Shown piece after piece: positions 43,394 to 51,471 of a stretch of DNA of 64,000 nucleotides. This DNA comes from an uncultured Acidobacteriota bacterium (GTDB lineage: Bacteria; Acidobacteriota; Thermoanaerobaculia; Multivoradales; UBA5704): assembly GCA_963799925.1 (NCBI GenBank), contig CAWCYZ010000002.1, positions 1,233,025-1,297,024 on the forward strand, given 5' to 3'. The first letter of the stretch is position 1. Each line of letters starts with the position of its first letter. A model generated the notes under the pieces. It saw nothing but the letters and a program-made list of their open reading frames with translations, did not search any database and had not been told where the DNA came from. The translations under genes were made by a program, and so were the position numbers.

Positions 43394-45113
43394 TCAAAAC
43401 GGCTGCGCCAGACGACGTTCCCCGGGCGGCAGCTCGAGCAGCTCGGGAGACCGGTTCTCGAGCGCCCGAACGAGCTGGACGAGCGCCTCGGGGAGCGGCG
43501 AGTCGCGGCGGTCGCGGAACATCTCGAGCCAGCTCCTCGGGTGCGGATAGAACTCTAAGCCGATCGCGGCGTCGGCGGGGATACCGGCCGCCTGGCGCGC
43601 CAGCTCGATGGCTCGGTCGAGGCCGCCGATCTCGTCGACCAGGCCGATCGGCTTGGCGTCGGCGCCGGTCCACACCCGGCCGCCGGCGATGGCGTCGACC
43701 GCCTGCCGGGTCATGTGCCGCCCGGCCGCTACGTGGCCGACGAAGAGATCGTAGACCTGCCCCATCAGACGCTCGACCTGCGCCGTCTGCGCCGGCGTGT
43801 AGGTATCGGTCGAGCCGTAGAGGTCGGCGTTGGCGCCGCGCTTGAGCTGGTCGTGGGTGATGCCGAGGATGTCGTGCTCGAAGCGGCGGGTGGCGAACTT
43901 GCCGCCGACGACGCCGATCGAGCCGGTGAGGGTTGCCGCCTCGGCGACGATGCGGTTGGCGCGGGCCGCGATGTAGTAGCCGCCCGAGGCCGCATAGTCG
44001 GACATCGAGACGATGACCGGCTTCCTCCGCTGCAGCCGCTCGACCTCGTGGAGGATGAGATCGGAGGCGAGGGCCGAGCCGCCCGGGCTGTCGACCCGCA
44101 GCACCACCGCCGGGATGCCGTCGTCCTCGGCCACCTGGTGGAGGGTCTCGGCCAGGTCCTCCGAGCCGATCGAGGAGGAGCTGCTGAACGGCCCCGCGGT
44201 GGCGCGGCCGCGGCGGATCTCGCCCTCGGCGAAGATCACCGCCAGCCGCCGGCCGGAGAGGCCGCGGCCGCCGTCGTAGCTCTCGAGCCGTACCAGGTGC
44301 GGCCGGCCGCCGGCCAGCCGGCGGATGCGGTCGCGGAACTCATCGGCGTAGCCGATACGGTCGACCAGCCCCTTGGCCTTGGCCTCGACGGCGGTATAGG
44401 GGGCGGCATCGATGGCGCCGCGCACCGCCTCGGGGGTCAGCCGGCGCGACTCGGCGACGCCGTCGACGATCTGCCCGTAGAGGCTGTCGAGCACGGCGTT
44501 GAGCGCCCGCGCCGCGGCGGGGGTGTACTGCGTCTCGGTGAAGGTCTCGGCGGCGCTCTTGTACTCGCCGATGTGATTGAAATCGGGATCGATCTTGAGC
44601 TTGTCGAGCGCGCCGCGGAGGAAGCGGCTGTCGATCAGCATGCCGAGGAGATTCAGGTTTCCGGCCGGCGACATCTGGATGTGGTCGCAGGCGCTGGCCA
44701 GGAAGTAGTCGAGGGTGCCGTTGCCTCCTTCGCCGACGGTGTCCATGTAGCACTCGACGAACTTGCCGGCGGCTCGGAGGCCCCTGAGCTGGCGGCGCAG
44801 CTCCTCGGCCTTGGCGAGCCCCATGTCGGCGCCCTCGACGTAGACCGCGATGCCGCGCACCGCGGCGTCGGCGCGCGCGGCGCGGAAGGCGGGGTAGAGC
44901 TCGGCCATGCTGTCGGCACTGGCGCGGCCGCCGAAGGGGAGCGCCGGCTCGACCTCCTGCTCGACGACGGGGCGGTCCACTCTCCAGACGAGCACCGTCG
45001 AGCCGCCGCCTACACCGAGCGGGACGGCTCTTGCCGGCGATGGCGATGCCGACGATGGCGGCGGCGACAGCGATGCCGATCAGGACGACGAAGGCGATCA
45101 GGAGGCGTTTCAT
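43394..45113 (-). CDS. sppA: signal peptide peptidase SppA (67K type), reading frame broken once near the N-terminus
   Basis: The body (ORF 43394-44995) has two ClpP-like halves (...SMSDYAASGGYYIA... catalytic-Ser region). The expected N-terminal TM anchor MKRLLIAFVVLIGIAVAAAIVGIAIAG is encoded from ATG 45113 in a different frame. The frames meet at about 45014-45040. Confidence 0.8.
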
Positions 45114-45153
45114 GCCTCTATCCTAGCGCGCAGGCCCGTCCGGGCCCCCTCCC

Positions 45154-46059
45154 TCAGCCCTGGGCGCGATCCCGCGGGTCGCCATGCGGCGCGTTGGCGA
45201 GCACGAACTCGATCATCGCGCCCGCGATGTCGACCCCGGTCGCCTTCTCGATGCCCTCGAGCCCCGGCGAGCTGTTGACCTCGAGGACCATCGGCCCCTC
45301 GGCCGAGGGGATCAGGTCCACCCCGGCGATGTTCAGGCCGAGCACCTCGGCGGCGTGGATGGCGGTCTGGCGCCAGGTCTCGTCGAGCTCGACGCCGCGC
45401 GCCTTGCCGCCGCGGTGGAGGTTCGACCGGAACTCCCCCTCGCTCGCTTGGCGCGACATCGCCGCGACGACCCGCCCGCCGACGACGATCGCCCGGTAGT
45501 CGGTCCCCGCCGCCTCGCGGATGAAGGCCTGGATCAGGAGGTTCTGCTTCAGGAAATGCATGGCATCGAGCATCGACTCGGCAGATTTGACCGACTCGGC
45601 CAAGATGACGCCCTGGCCCTGCGTCCCCTCGAGGAGCTTCAGGATCACCGGCGCGCCGCCGACCTTCCGGATGGCCGACCGGAGGTCTTCCTTGCGGCGC
45701 ACGAAGACGGTCGGCGGGATGCCGATGTCGTGGCGGGAGAGGAGCTGGAGGGCGCGGAGCTTGTCGCGGCTGCGCGAGATCGCCTGGCTCTCGTTGGCCG
45801 GGAAGACCCCCATCATCTCGAACTGCCGGAGCACCGCGAGGCCGTAGAAGGTGATCGAGGCGCCGATCCGCGGCACGACGCCATCGAGGCCCGTCACCCG
45901 CTCGCCGTGGTGCCAGACCTCGGGACGCTTTTTCGACAGCTTGACCAAGCATTGGAGCGGGTCGAGCACCGAGACCTCGACGCCGCGTGCCTCGACCGCC
46001 GAGACGAGCCGGCTCGTCGAGTAGAGCGCCGCGTTGCGCGACAGGACGGCGATCTTCAT
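45154..46059 (-). CDS. rimK: RimK-family alpha-L-glutamate ligase (ATP-grasp)
   Basis: MKIAVLSRN..LYSTSRL..., VILKLLEGTQGQGVIL, FIREA.GTDYRAIVVGGRVVAAM.R......FRSNLHRGG, GVDLI....GP.VLEVNSSPGLEGIE. Confidence 0.9.
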   Translation of the reverse strand: MKIAVLSRNAALYSTSRLVSAVEARGVEVSVLDPLQCLVKLSKKRPEVWHHGERVTGLDGVVPRIGASITFYGLAVLRQFEMMGVFPANESQAISRSRDKLRALQLLSRHDIGIPPTVFVRRKEDLRSAIRKVGGAPVILKLLEGTQGQGVILAESVKSAESMLDAMHFLKQNLLIQAFIREAAGTDYRAIVVGGRVVAAMSRQASEGEFRSNLHRGGKARGVELDETWRQTAIHAAEVLGLNIAGVDLIPSAEGPMVLEVNSSPGLEGIEKATGVDIAGAMIEFVLANAPHGDPRDRAQG

Positions 46060-46087
46060 GCGCGGGACTGACGCAAGCCCGGGGCCG

Positions 46088-46564
46088 TCATCGGCCGCCG
46101 GGGCGCCGGCGCCGCCCGAGGGCGTAGCGACGCGCGACGTCGACCAGGAAGTCCCCCTCGAGCGCCTTCCTGCCGACGATCATGCGGAACAGCATCCCCG
46201 TGCGGTCGGTCAGGGTGAGGAGGATCCGCTTGCGGACCGCTCCCATCACCAGGTCGGTCGCGATCACCGGGCGGATCTCGGGGTGGCCGCCCGAGTCGGT
46301 CACCTGGACGCGCCCCAGGAGGGGGGCGCGGGCGACCATCACCCGCTGGGGATGGCGGCGGTCGAAGGCTACGGTGAGCTCGACCTCGGCGCCGCCTGCC
46401 TCCGCGTCCTCGAAGACCTGGAGGGAGCTGACGTGGAGCGAGGAGGTGCGGGCGCCGGTGTCCATCTTCGCCTTGAGCCGGTGGATACCGAGCTCGGGGA
46501 GGTCGAGGTACTCCTTCCAACCCACCACGACCGGTCGCGCCCGTCTCTCGGCGGAGGAGAACAT
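46088..46564 (-). CDS. RimK-associated ATP-dependent zinc protease-like (retropepsin-like, DUF785/RimB-type) protein
   Basis: VGWKEYLDLPELGIHRLKAKMDTGARTSSLHV matches the family motif G-W-x-E-x-V-x-L-P...AK.DTGA.TS.LH. It lies immediately upstream of rimK. Confidence 0.75.
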   Translation of the reverse strand: MFSSAERRARPVVVGWKEYLDLPELGIHRLKAKMDTGARTSSLHVSSLQVFEDAEAGGAEVELTVAFDRRHPQRVMVARAPLLGRVQVTDSGGHPEIRPVIATDLVMGAVRKRILLTLTDRTGMLFRMIVGRKALEGDFLVDVARRYALGRRRRPGGR

Positions 46565-46969
46565 CCACGACGATCATACAGAGCCGAAGAAGAAATCGAC
46601 GTCCGTGAAAGAAACGGCCGGCGCGGGTGGTACGGCGTGCACAATCGGCAATGCGCGGGCTCTCCCCTGGGAGGTGCAGCGCCCCGGAGCCGGGCGGCGG
46701 AAGGCTGCGCCCAGCCCTTCCGGCGATCTCCTTGCATAGGTGGAAACAACTAGCAATCAATACGTTAGCCCGGGTTCGTCGTCCTCGCGGCCGGCGGCGG
46801 GCCGCGCGCAAGAGAAGGCTGGCACGTCGGTTGCTTCGACGCGGGACAGGCTTCATAGCGTTACGGGGGAGGTTCCACCCACCAAACCAGTTCCCGCCAT
46901 GACGGGAGGTCTTCTGATCTCTCTCACCTTCCACCCCGCCCCCTTCTTAGGGACTCGCTCTGCACGACA

Positions 46970-46997
46970 CCCAACCGGAGAGTTGGGGCCTCCCCCC
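46970..46997. repeat. 28-nt direct repeat, copy 1 (CCCAACCGGAGAGTTGGGGCCTCCCCCC)
   Basis: 27/28 identical to 47217-47244. It contains the local hairpin CCCAAC-cggaga-GTTGGG. Confidence 0.8.
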
Positions 46998-47216
46998 GAC
47001 GCACCCTTCCTCGGGTGCGTCCGTCGCACGGTATGAACCGAAGGAATCCCGGAGCGGGCATGGGTGTTGCACAGGACAATCGGTACGATGACGAATGGTA
47101 CGCGGGGAGGCACCTCCAACCACACTTTTATCCTGCCTAAAACTTTGAGATCGTTCGCGATCTCACCCCCTAGAAAGCTAGCCTACATCCCCTATCCACA
47201 GGGGTAGATCCAAGAA

Positions 47217-47244
47217 CCCAACCGGAGAGATGGGGCCTCCCCCC
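47217..47244. repeat. 28-nt direct repeat, copy 2 (CCCAACCGGAGAGATGGGGCCTCCCCCC)
   Basis: 27/28 identical to 46970-46997, 247 nt downstream in the same orientation. Confidence 0.8.
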
Positions 47245-47382
47245 TACTCTTTTCCTAAACGAAAAGCGGGGCACGCCCCGCGGCCCTCGGGCCGCGGGGC
47301 TGACTCGTGTCCGCCAGCATCGTCACGCCGAGCGCGACCCCAACTGCCAAATTGGCCCACGCACCGCGCCTATACTGACGCA

Positions 47383-48441
47383 GTGCGGCACGCCGAGCTC
47401 CTCGCCTGGTTCGACCGCCACCGGCGCGATCTGCCGTGGCGGCGGACGCGCGATCCCTATCGCATCTGGCTCTCCGAGGTGATGCTCCAGCAGACCCGGG
47501 TCGAGACGGTGCTCCCCTATTACGAACGCTTCCTCGCCCGCTTCCCGCGCGTCGAGGATCTGGCGGCCGCGGCGATCGAGGACGTGCTCGCCCTCTGGTC
47601 GGGGCTCGGCTACTACCGGCGCGCCCGCCAGCTCCACGCCGCGGCGCGGCGGGTGGTCGAGCGTGGCGGTTTCCCGGCGACCGCGGCAGGATGGCGCGAG
47701 CTCCCCGGCGTGGGTGCCTATACGGCAGCCGCGGTCGCCAGCATCGCCTTCGGCGAGGCGGTCGCGGTGATGGACGGCAACGTCGAGCGCGTGATCTCCC
47801 GCCTCCTCGCCGCTGCCGAGGATCCACACGGGGCCGCGGCCCGGCGGCGGCTCCTCGCGGCGGTCGCCGAGCTGCTCGATCCTGCGCGCCCGGGCGACGG
47901 CAACCAGGCCCTGATGGAGCTGGGGGCGACTCTCTGCGCACCGCGGCGGCCGCGCTGCCTCCTCTGCCCGTTGCAGCCGGGCTGCCGGGCGGCCGCGGAA
48001 GGTGACCCCGAGCGCTACCCGACGCTGCGGCCGCGCCGCGAGCGCCAGCGGCTGCGGCTGGTGGCGGCGGTCGTGGAGCAGGGGACGGTCGATGGGCGGG
48101 AAGGGGAGGTCCTCCTCGTCCGCCGGCCGGAGGGGAGCTCTCTCCTCGCCGGGACCTGGGAGGTGCCGTGGATCGAGGCCGCCGGCCGGCGTTCGGCGGC
48201 GGCGGGGCTCGCGGTGCGCTACGGCGGCGCCTGGAAGCTCGGTCCCCGCCTGGCGCAGGTGCGGCACTCGATCACCCACCGCGACCTCGAGGTGGCGATC
48301 CATCGCGCCGAGCTGGCCGGCGGCGGCGAGGTGGCCGAAGGCGTCGAGGCGGGGTGGTTCGACGGTGCGAGCCGAGCCGGGCTGCCGCTGTCCTCGCTGG
48401 TCGGCAAGGTGCTCGGAGCGCTGGAAGTCCCCGCGAGCTAG
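47383..48441 (+). CDS. mutY: A/G-specific adenine DNA glycosylase MutY
   Basis: The in-frame GTG at 47383 gives VRHAELLAWFDRHRRDLPWRRTRDPYRIWLSEVMLQQTRVETVLPYYERFL..., the HhH-GPD region GLGYYRRAR...LPGVGAYTAAAV, the Fe-S cluster CAPRRPRCLLCPLQPGC, and a NUDIX-like C-terminal domain. Confidence 0.88.
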   Translation: MRHAELLAWFDRHRRDLPWRRTRDPYRIWLSEVMLQQTRVETVLPYYERFLARFPRVEDLAAAAIEDVLALWSGLGYYRRARQLHAAARRVVERGGFPATAAGWRELPGVGAYTAAAVASIAFGEAVAVMDGNVERVISRLLAAAEDPHGAAARRRLLAAVAELLDPARPGDGNQALMELGATLCAPRRPRCLLCPLQPGCRAAAEGDPERYPTLRPRRERQRLRLVAAVVEQGTVDGREGEVLLVRRPEGSSLLAGTWEVPWIEAAGRRSAAAGLAVRYGGAWKLGPRLAQVRHSITHRDLEVAIHRAELAGGGEVAEGVEAGWFDGASRAGLPLSSLVGKVLGALEVPAS

Positions 48442-48449
48442 ACGTCGTC

Positions 48450-49145
48450 ATGCCGGGCTTCGACACCCTGTTCGTCATCCTCCTCGCCGCCCTCCTCGCG
48501 GCGGGCGCCCTCGCTCTCCTCGCCAGCCTGCGCAGCGGGTCGCCGAGCGCCGCCGTGGCGGAGCTCGGGAACGGCCGCTTCGCCGCCGCGCTCGAGCGGG
48601 CGCGGACCGATCCCCGCGCGCCGCGCGACGATCTCTATGCCGCCGCCGTCGCCGCCAAGCACCTGCGGCTCTGGGAGCGGGCGGACGAGCTGGCGGGCCG
48701 CATCCTCGCCGGCGATCCGGGCGACGGCGAGGCCTGGCTCGAGCGTGGGTCGACCGCGGCGTACGCCGGCCGCGCGGCGGCAGCGGCGTCCGCCTTCGCC
48801 CAGGCGATCGCCCATCGCTCAGACCTCGCCGAGTCGATCACCCTCCACCGCGCCTGGCTCGCCCTCTCCCAAGGCGACTACGCCGCCGCCAGGCGCCTGT
48901 TCGAGGAGGTCGAGGCGCCGCTCGAGAGCAAGCTGCGGTCGGACCTCGGCCAAGGCGACCCGCTCTTCGCCGAGTGGTTCCTCCTCGCGGCGGCGCTGTG
49001 GAGCGCCGTGGGCGACGCCGAGCGCGCCGCCTGGGCGGCCGCCGCCGGCCGCGCCGCCGCCCCCGAGAGTCAGCTTCCCGACCTCATCCTGCGGGCTCGG
49101 CAGCCGGGCTCGCCTCCCGGCGCGGCCCCGCCTCCGCTACAATAG
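48450..49145 (+). CDS. membrane-anchored Ala-rich helical-repeat (TPR-like) protein
   Basis: The ATG at 48450 gives MPGFDTLFVILLAALLAAGALALLASL (a TM segment), followed by helical repeats. No family is recognised. Confidence 0.5.
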   Translation: MPGFDTLFVILLAALLAAGALALLASLRSGSPSAAVAELGNGRFAAALERARTDPRAPRDDLYAAAVAAKHLRLWERADELAGRILAGDPGDGEAWLERGSTAAYAGRAAAAASAFAQAIAHRSDLAESITLHRAWLALSQGDYAAARRLFEEVEAPLESKLRSDLGQGDPLFAEWFLLAAALWSAVGDAERAAWAAAAGRAAAPESQLPDLILRARQPGSPPGAAPPPLQ

Positions 49146-49152
49146 GAAAACC

Positions 49153-50166
49153 TTGAGCATCCCGTCTCTCTTGCGCCGGTGGGAGGTGTTCGCCCATTTC
49201 ACCGACCAGCAGCTCGAGCTGCTGGCTCCCTGTGTCGTGCGCTCGCGCGTCCCCGCCGGCACGTTGATCATGAAGGAGGGCGAGCCGTCGCTCGACGCCT
49301 ACCTGATCGAGAGCGGCGAGGTCCGCATCCAGCGCAAGACCCCGTACGGCAGCTTCGACCTGGCGGTCTTGGAGCCCGGCGACCTCTTCGGAGAGACCAG
49401 CTTCGTCGACCGGAGCACGCGCTCGGGCGACGCCATGACGGTCTCCGACACCGACCTCCTGACGCTCTCCCCGGCTGCCCTCGAGCCGGCGATGGAGAGC
49501 GATCAGCGCCTGACGCTCGCCCTCCACTGGGCCCTCTGGAAGAGCCTCTCGAAGAAGCTGCGGCAGACCAACGACAAGCTCACCCAGTTCTTCTCCGCGA
49601 CCGGCAAGCCGGCGACCACCCGGTCGGCCGCGCCGCGCGACGCCGCGGGCGAGTTCCGCATCGACCTCGCCGCCAAGCGCAAGCTCTTCCAGGAGCAGAA
49701 GCTCACCAACCTCGAGATCAACTTCCTCGCCGCGCTGTCGCGGGAGAAGAAGCTGGCACCCCAGAAGGTGATCTTCCGCGAGGGCGAGGTGGGCGACGAG
49801 ATGTACGTCGTCCTCGAAGGCCGGGTGATGATCAGCAAGTACATCCCCGGCGCCGGCGAGGAGGCTCTCGCGTTCCTCGAGCGCGGCGACTACTTCGGCG
49901 AGATGGCGCTGATCGACAACCAGCCGCGCTCGGCGGACGCCAAGGCGCACGACAGCGGCGCCGTCGTCCTCGCCATCCCGCGCGAGGTGCTGAACGGCAT
50001 CCTCGACATCCACCGCCTGTCGTCGTTGAGCCTGCTGAAGATCCTCTGCAACCTGGTGGCGACGCGCCTGCGCGAGCTCGACGACAAGATCATCGGCTGG
50101 TTCATCCTCGCCGGCGGCGCCGGCGCCGCGGGATCGCTGGCGCCGCCCATTCCGCCGCGGGCCTGA
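49153..50166 (+). CDS. protein with two cyclic-nucleotide-binding (cNMP/CAP-effector) domains and no recognisable output domain
   Basis: TTG at 49153 preceded by AGGAAAA. Two copies of the ...G(D/E)...Y.(I/V).(S/E)G.V......LEPGD.FGE.(S/A)(F/L)(V/I)D...RSA(D)A... pattern (FGETSFVDRSTRSGDA and FGEMALIDNQPRSADA). Confidence 0.8.
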   Translation: MSIPSLLRRWEVFAHFTDQQLELLAPCVVRSRVPAGTLIMKEGEPSLDAYLIESGEVRIQRKTPYGSFDLAVLEPGDLFGETSFVDRSTRSGDAMTVSDTDLLTLSPAALEPAMESDQRLTLALHWALWKSLSKKLRQTNDKLTQFFSATGKPATTRSAAPRDAAGEFRIDLAAKRKLFQEQKLTNLEINFLAALSREKKLAPQKVIFREGEVGDEMYVVLEGRVMISKYIPGAGEEALAFLERGDYFGEMALIDNQPRSADAKAHDSGAVVLAIPREVLNGILDIHRLSSLSLLKILCNLVATRLRELDDKIIGWFILAGGAGAAGSLAPPIPPRA

Positions 50167-50178
50167 AGGCCGAGCCCG

Positions 50179-51471
50179 TCAGCCGGCCGCGCTCTCCTCC
50201 AGGCTCTGTTCCAGCAGCTCGAGCGCGCCGTCGAGCTGCTGCCGGGCGATGGTGAGCGGGGGGACGACCTGGACGACGTTCCCCCGCGGTCCCCCCGCCA
50301 GCGCCACGACGCCGCGTCGCAGCGCCGCTCCGACCCACCGCTCGGCGTCCTCCCGCGTCCTCGTCTCGACTCCCCACAGCAGGGCGCGGCCGCGCACCGC
50401 GGCGACCGCCGGGTGGCGCGCCGGCCAACCTGCGAGGCGCGGCGCGATCGCCCGCCCCAGCGCCGCGGCGCGCTCGGCGAGCCGTTCCTCTTCCATGACG
50501 TCGAGCGTGGCGAGGGCGGCGGCGCAGGCGAGCGGGTGGGCGACGAAGGTCGCGGTGTGGAGGGCCTCGCCGTCGCGCTCCCAGACGCGGAAGAGCGCGC
50601 GGCGGCCGAGGACCGCGGCGATCGGCAGCCCCCCGCCGAGCGCCTTGCCGCAGCAGAGGAGGTCGGGGACGACGCCCTCCGCCTCGACCGCGAAGCGGTG
50701 GCCGGTGCGGCCGAAGCCGGTGAAGATCTCGTCGACGATGAGGAGGACGGAGCGCTCGCGGCAGAGGTCGGCGAGCGCGGAGAGCCAGCCCGCCGGTGGC
50801 AGGATGACCCCTTCGCGGCCGACGATCGGCTCGACGACGACGGCGCCCACCTCGCGACGCTCGAGAGCGGCGGCGAGCTCCGACCGCGGGGCGCCGAAAG
50901 GGAGCCGGTGGACGTGCGGATGGAGGTGGGCGGCGAAGGGCTGGCGGAACTCCGGGCGCGAGGTGGCGGCGAGGGCCCCCAGGGTCAGCCCGTGGTAGGC
51001 CGGCTCGAAGGCGAGGAGGCCCGGCCTGCCGGTCGCCACGAGGGCGGTCTTGACCGCGATCTCGACCGCCTCGGCTCCGGAGACGGCGAAGTAGACCTGC
51101 GCGTCGGGGACGGGGGACATGGCGACGAGCCGCGCCGCGAGCGCCGCGCGGCCGGGGTGTGGATGGACGTCGCCCAGCCCGTGCAGCAGCCGTCCGCTCT
51201 GCTCGGCGATCGCCGCCACCACCCGCGGATGGCGGTGGCCGATCGCCGCCACGCCGAAGCCCGAGGTGAGGTCGACATAGCGGTTGCCGTCGGCATCGAG
51301 GATGTTGGCGCCGCGGGCTTCCGACCAGGCGATGGGCGGATCGCCGGTGAGCGGCACGGTGTTGACGCCCGGCGCCTCGACGCGGCGGAGCGTCTCGGCG
51401 AGGGCGCGCGAGCGCGGGCCGGGGGGAGGGGTGAGGATCGCGGGGGGGAGGTCGCCCGGCGCGGCGCTCAC
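50179..51471 (-). CDS. class-III pyridoxal-phosphate aminotransferase (acetylornithine/GABA aminotransferase-like)
   Basis: LTSGFGVAAIGHRHP, SGAEAVE.A.K, LIVDEIFTGFGRTG, and DLLCCGKALGGGLP (the PLP lysine). Confidence 0.85.
   Translation of the reverse strand: MSAAPGDLPPAILTPPPGPRSRALAETLRRVEAPGVNTVPLTGDPPIAWSEARGANILDADGNRYVDLTSGFGVAAIGHRHPRVVAAIAEQSGRLLHGLGDVHPHPGRAALAARLVAMSPVPDAQVYFAVSGAEAVEIAVKTALVATGRPGLLAFEPAYHGLTLGALAATSRPEFRQPFAAHLHPHVHRLPFGAPRSELAAALERREVGAVVVEPIVGREGVILPPAGWLSALADLCRERSVLLIVDEIFTGFGRTGHRFAVEAEGVVPDLLCCGKALGGGLPIAAVLGRRALFRVWERDGEALHTATFVAHPLACAAALATLDVMEEERLAERAAALGRAIAPRLAGWPARHPAVAAVRGRALLWGVETRTREDAERWVGAALRRGVVALAGGPRGNVVQVVPPLTIARQQLDGALELLEQSLEESAAG

Noticed and set aside
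46565-47382. RNase P RNA, tmRNA, 6S RNA or a group II intron fragment in the long spacer.
   Set aside because: On neither strand did I find GAGGAAAGUCC/ACAGAA..CCGGCUUA (RNase P), a tRNA-like T-arm with CCA and a tag ORF ending ..LAA (tmRNA), or a domain-V-like motif with a GUGCG 5' end (group II). 6S RNA cannot be judged by eye. The region is therefore left as unassigned.
47230-47382. 51-codon N-terminal extension of mutY from ATG 47230.
   Set aside because: The extension (MGPPPYSFPKRKAGHAPRPSGRGADSCPP...) is low-complexity and covers the GC hairpins and repeat copy 2. MutY homology begins exactly at the GTG at 47383, directly after a TATACT motif.
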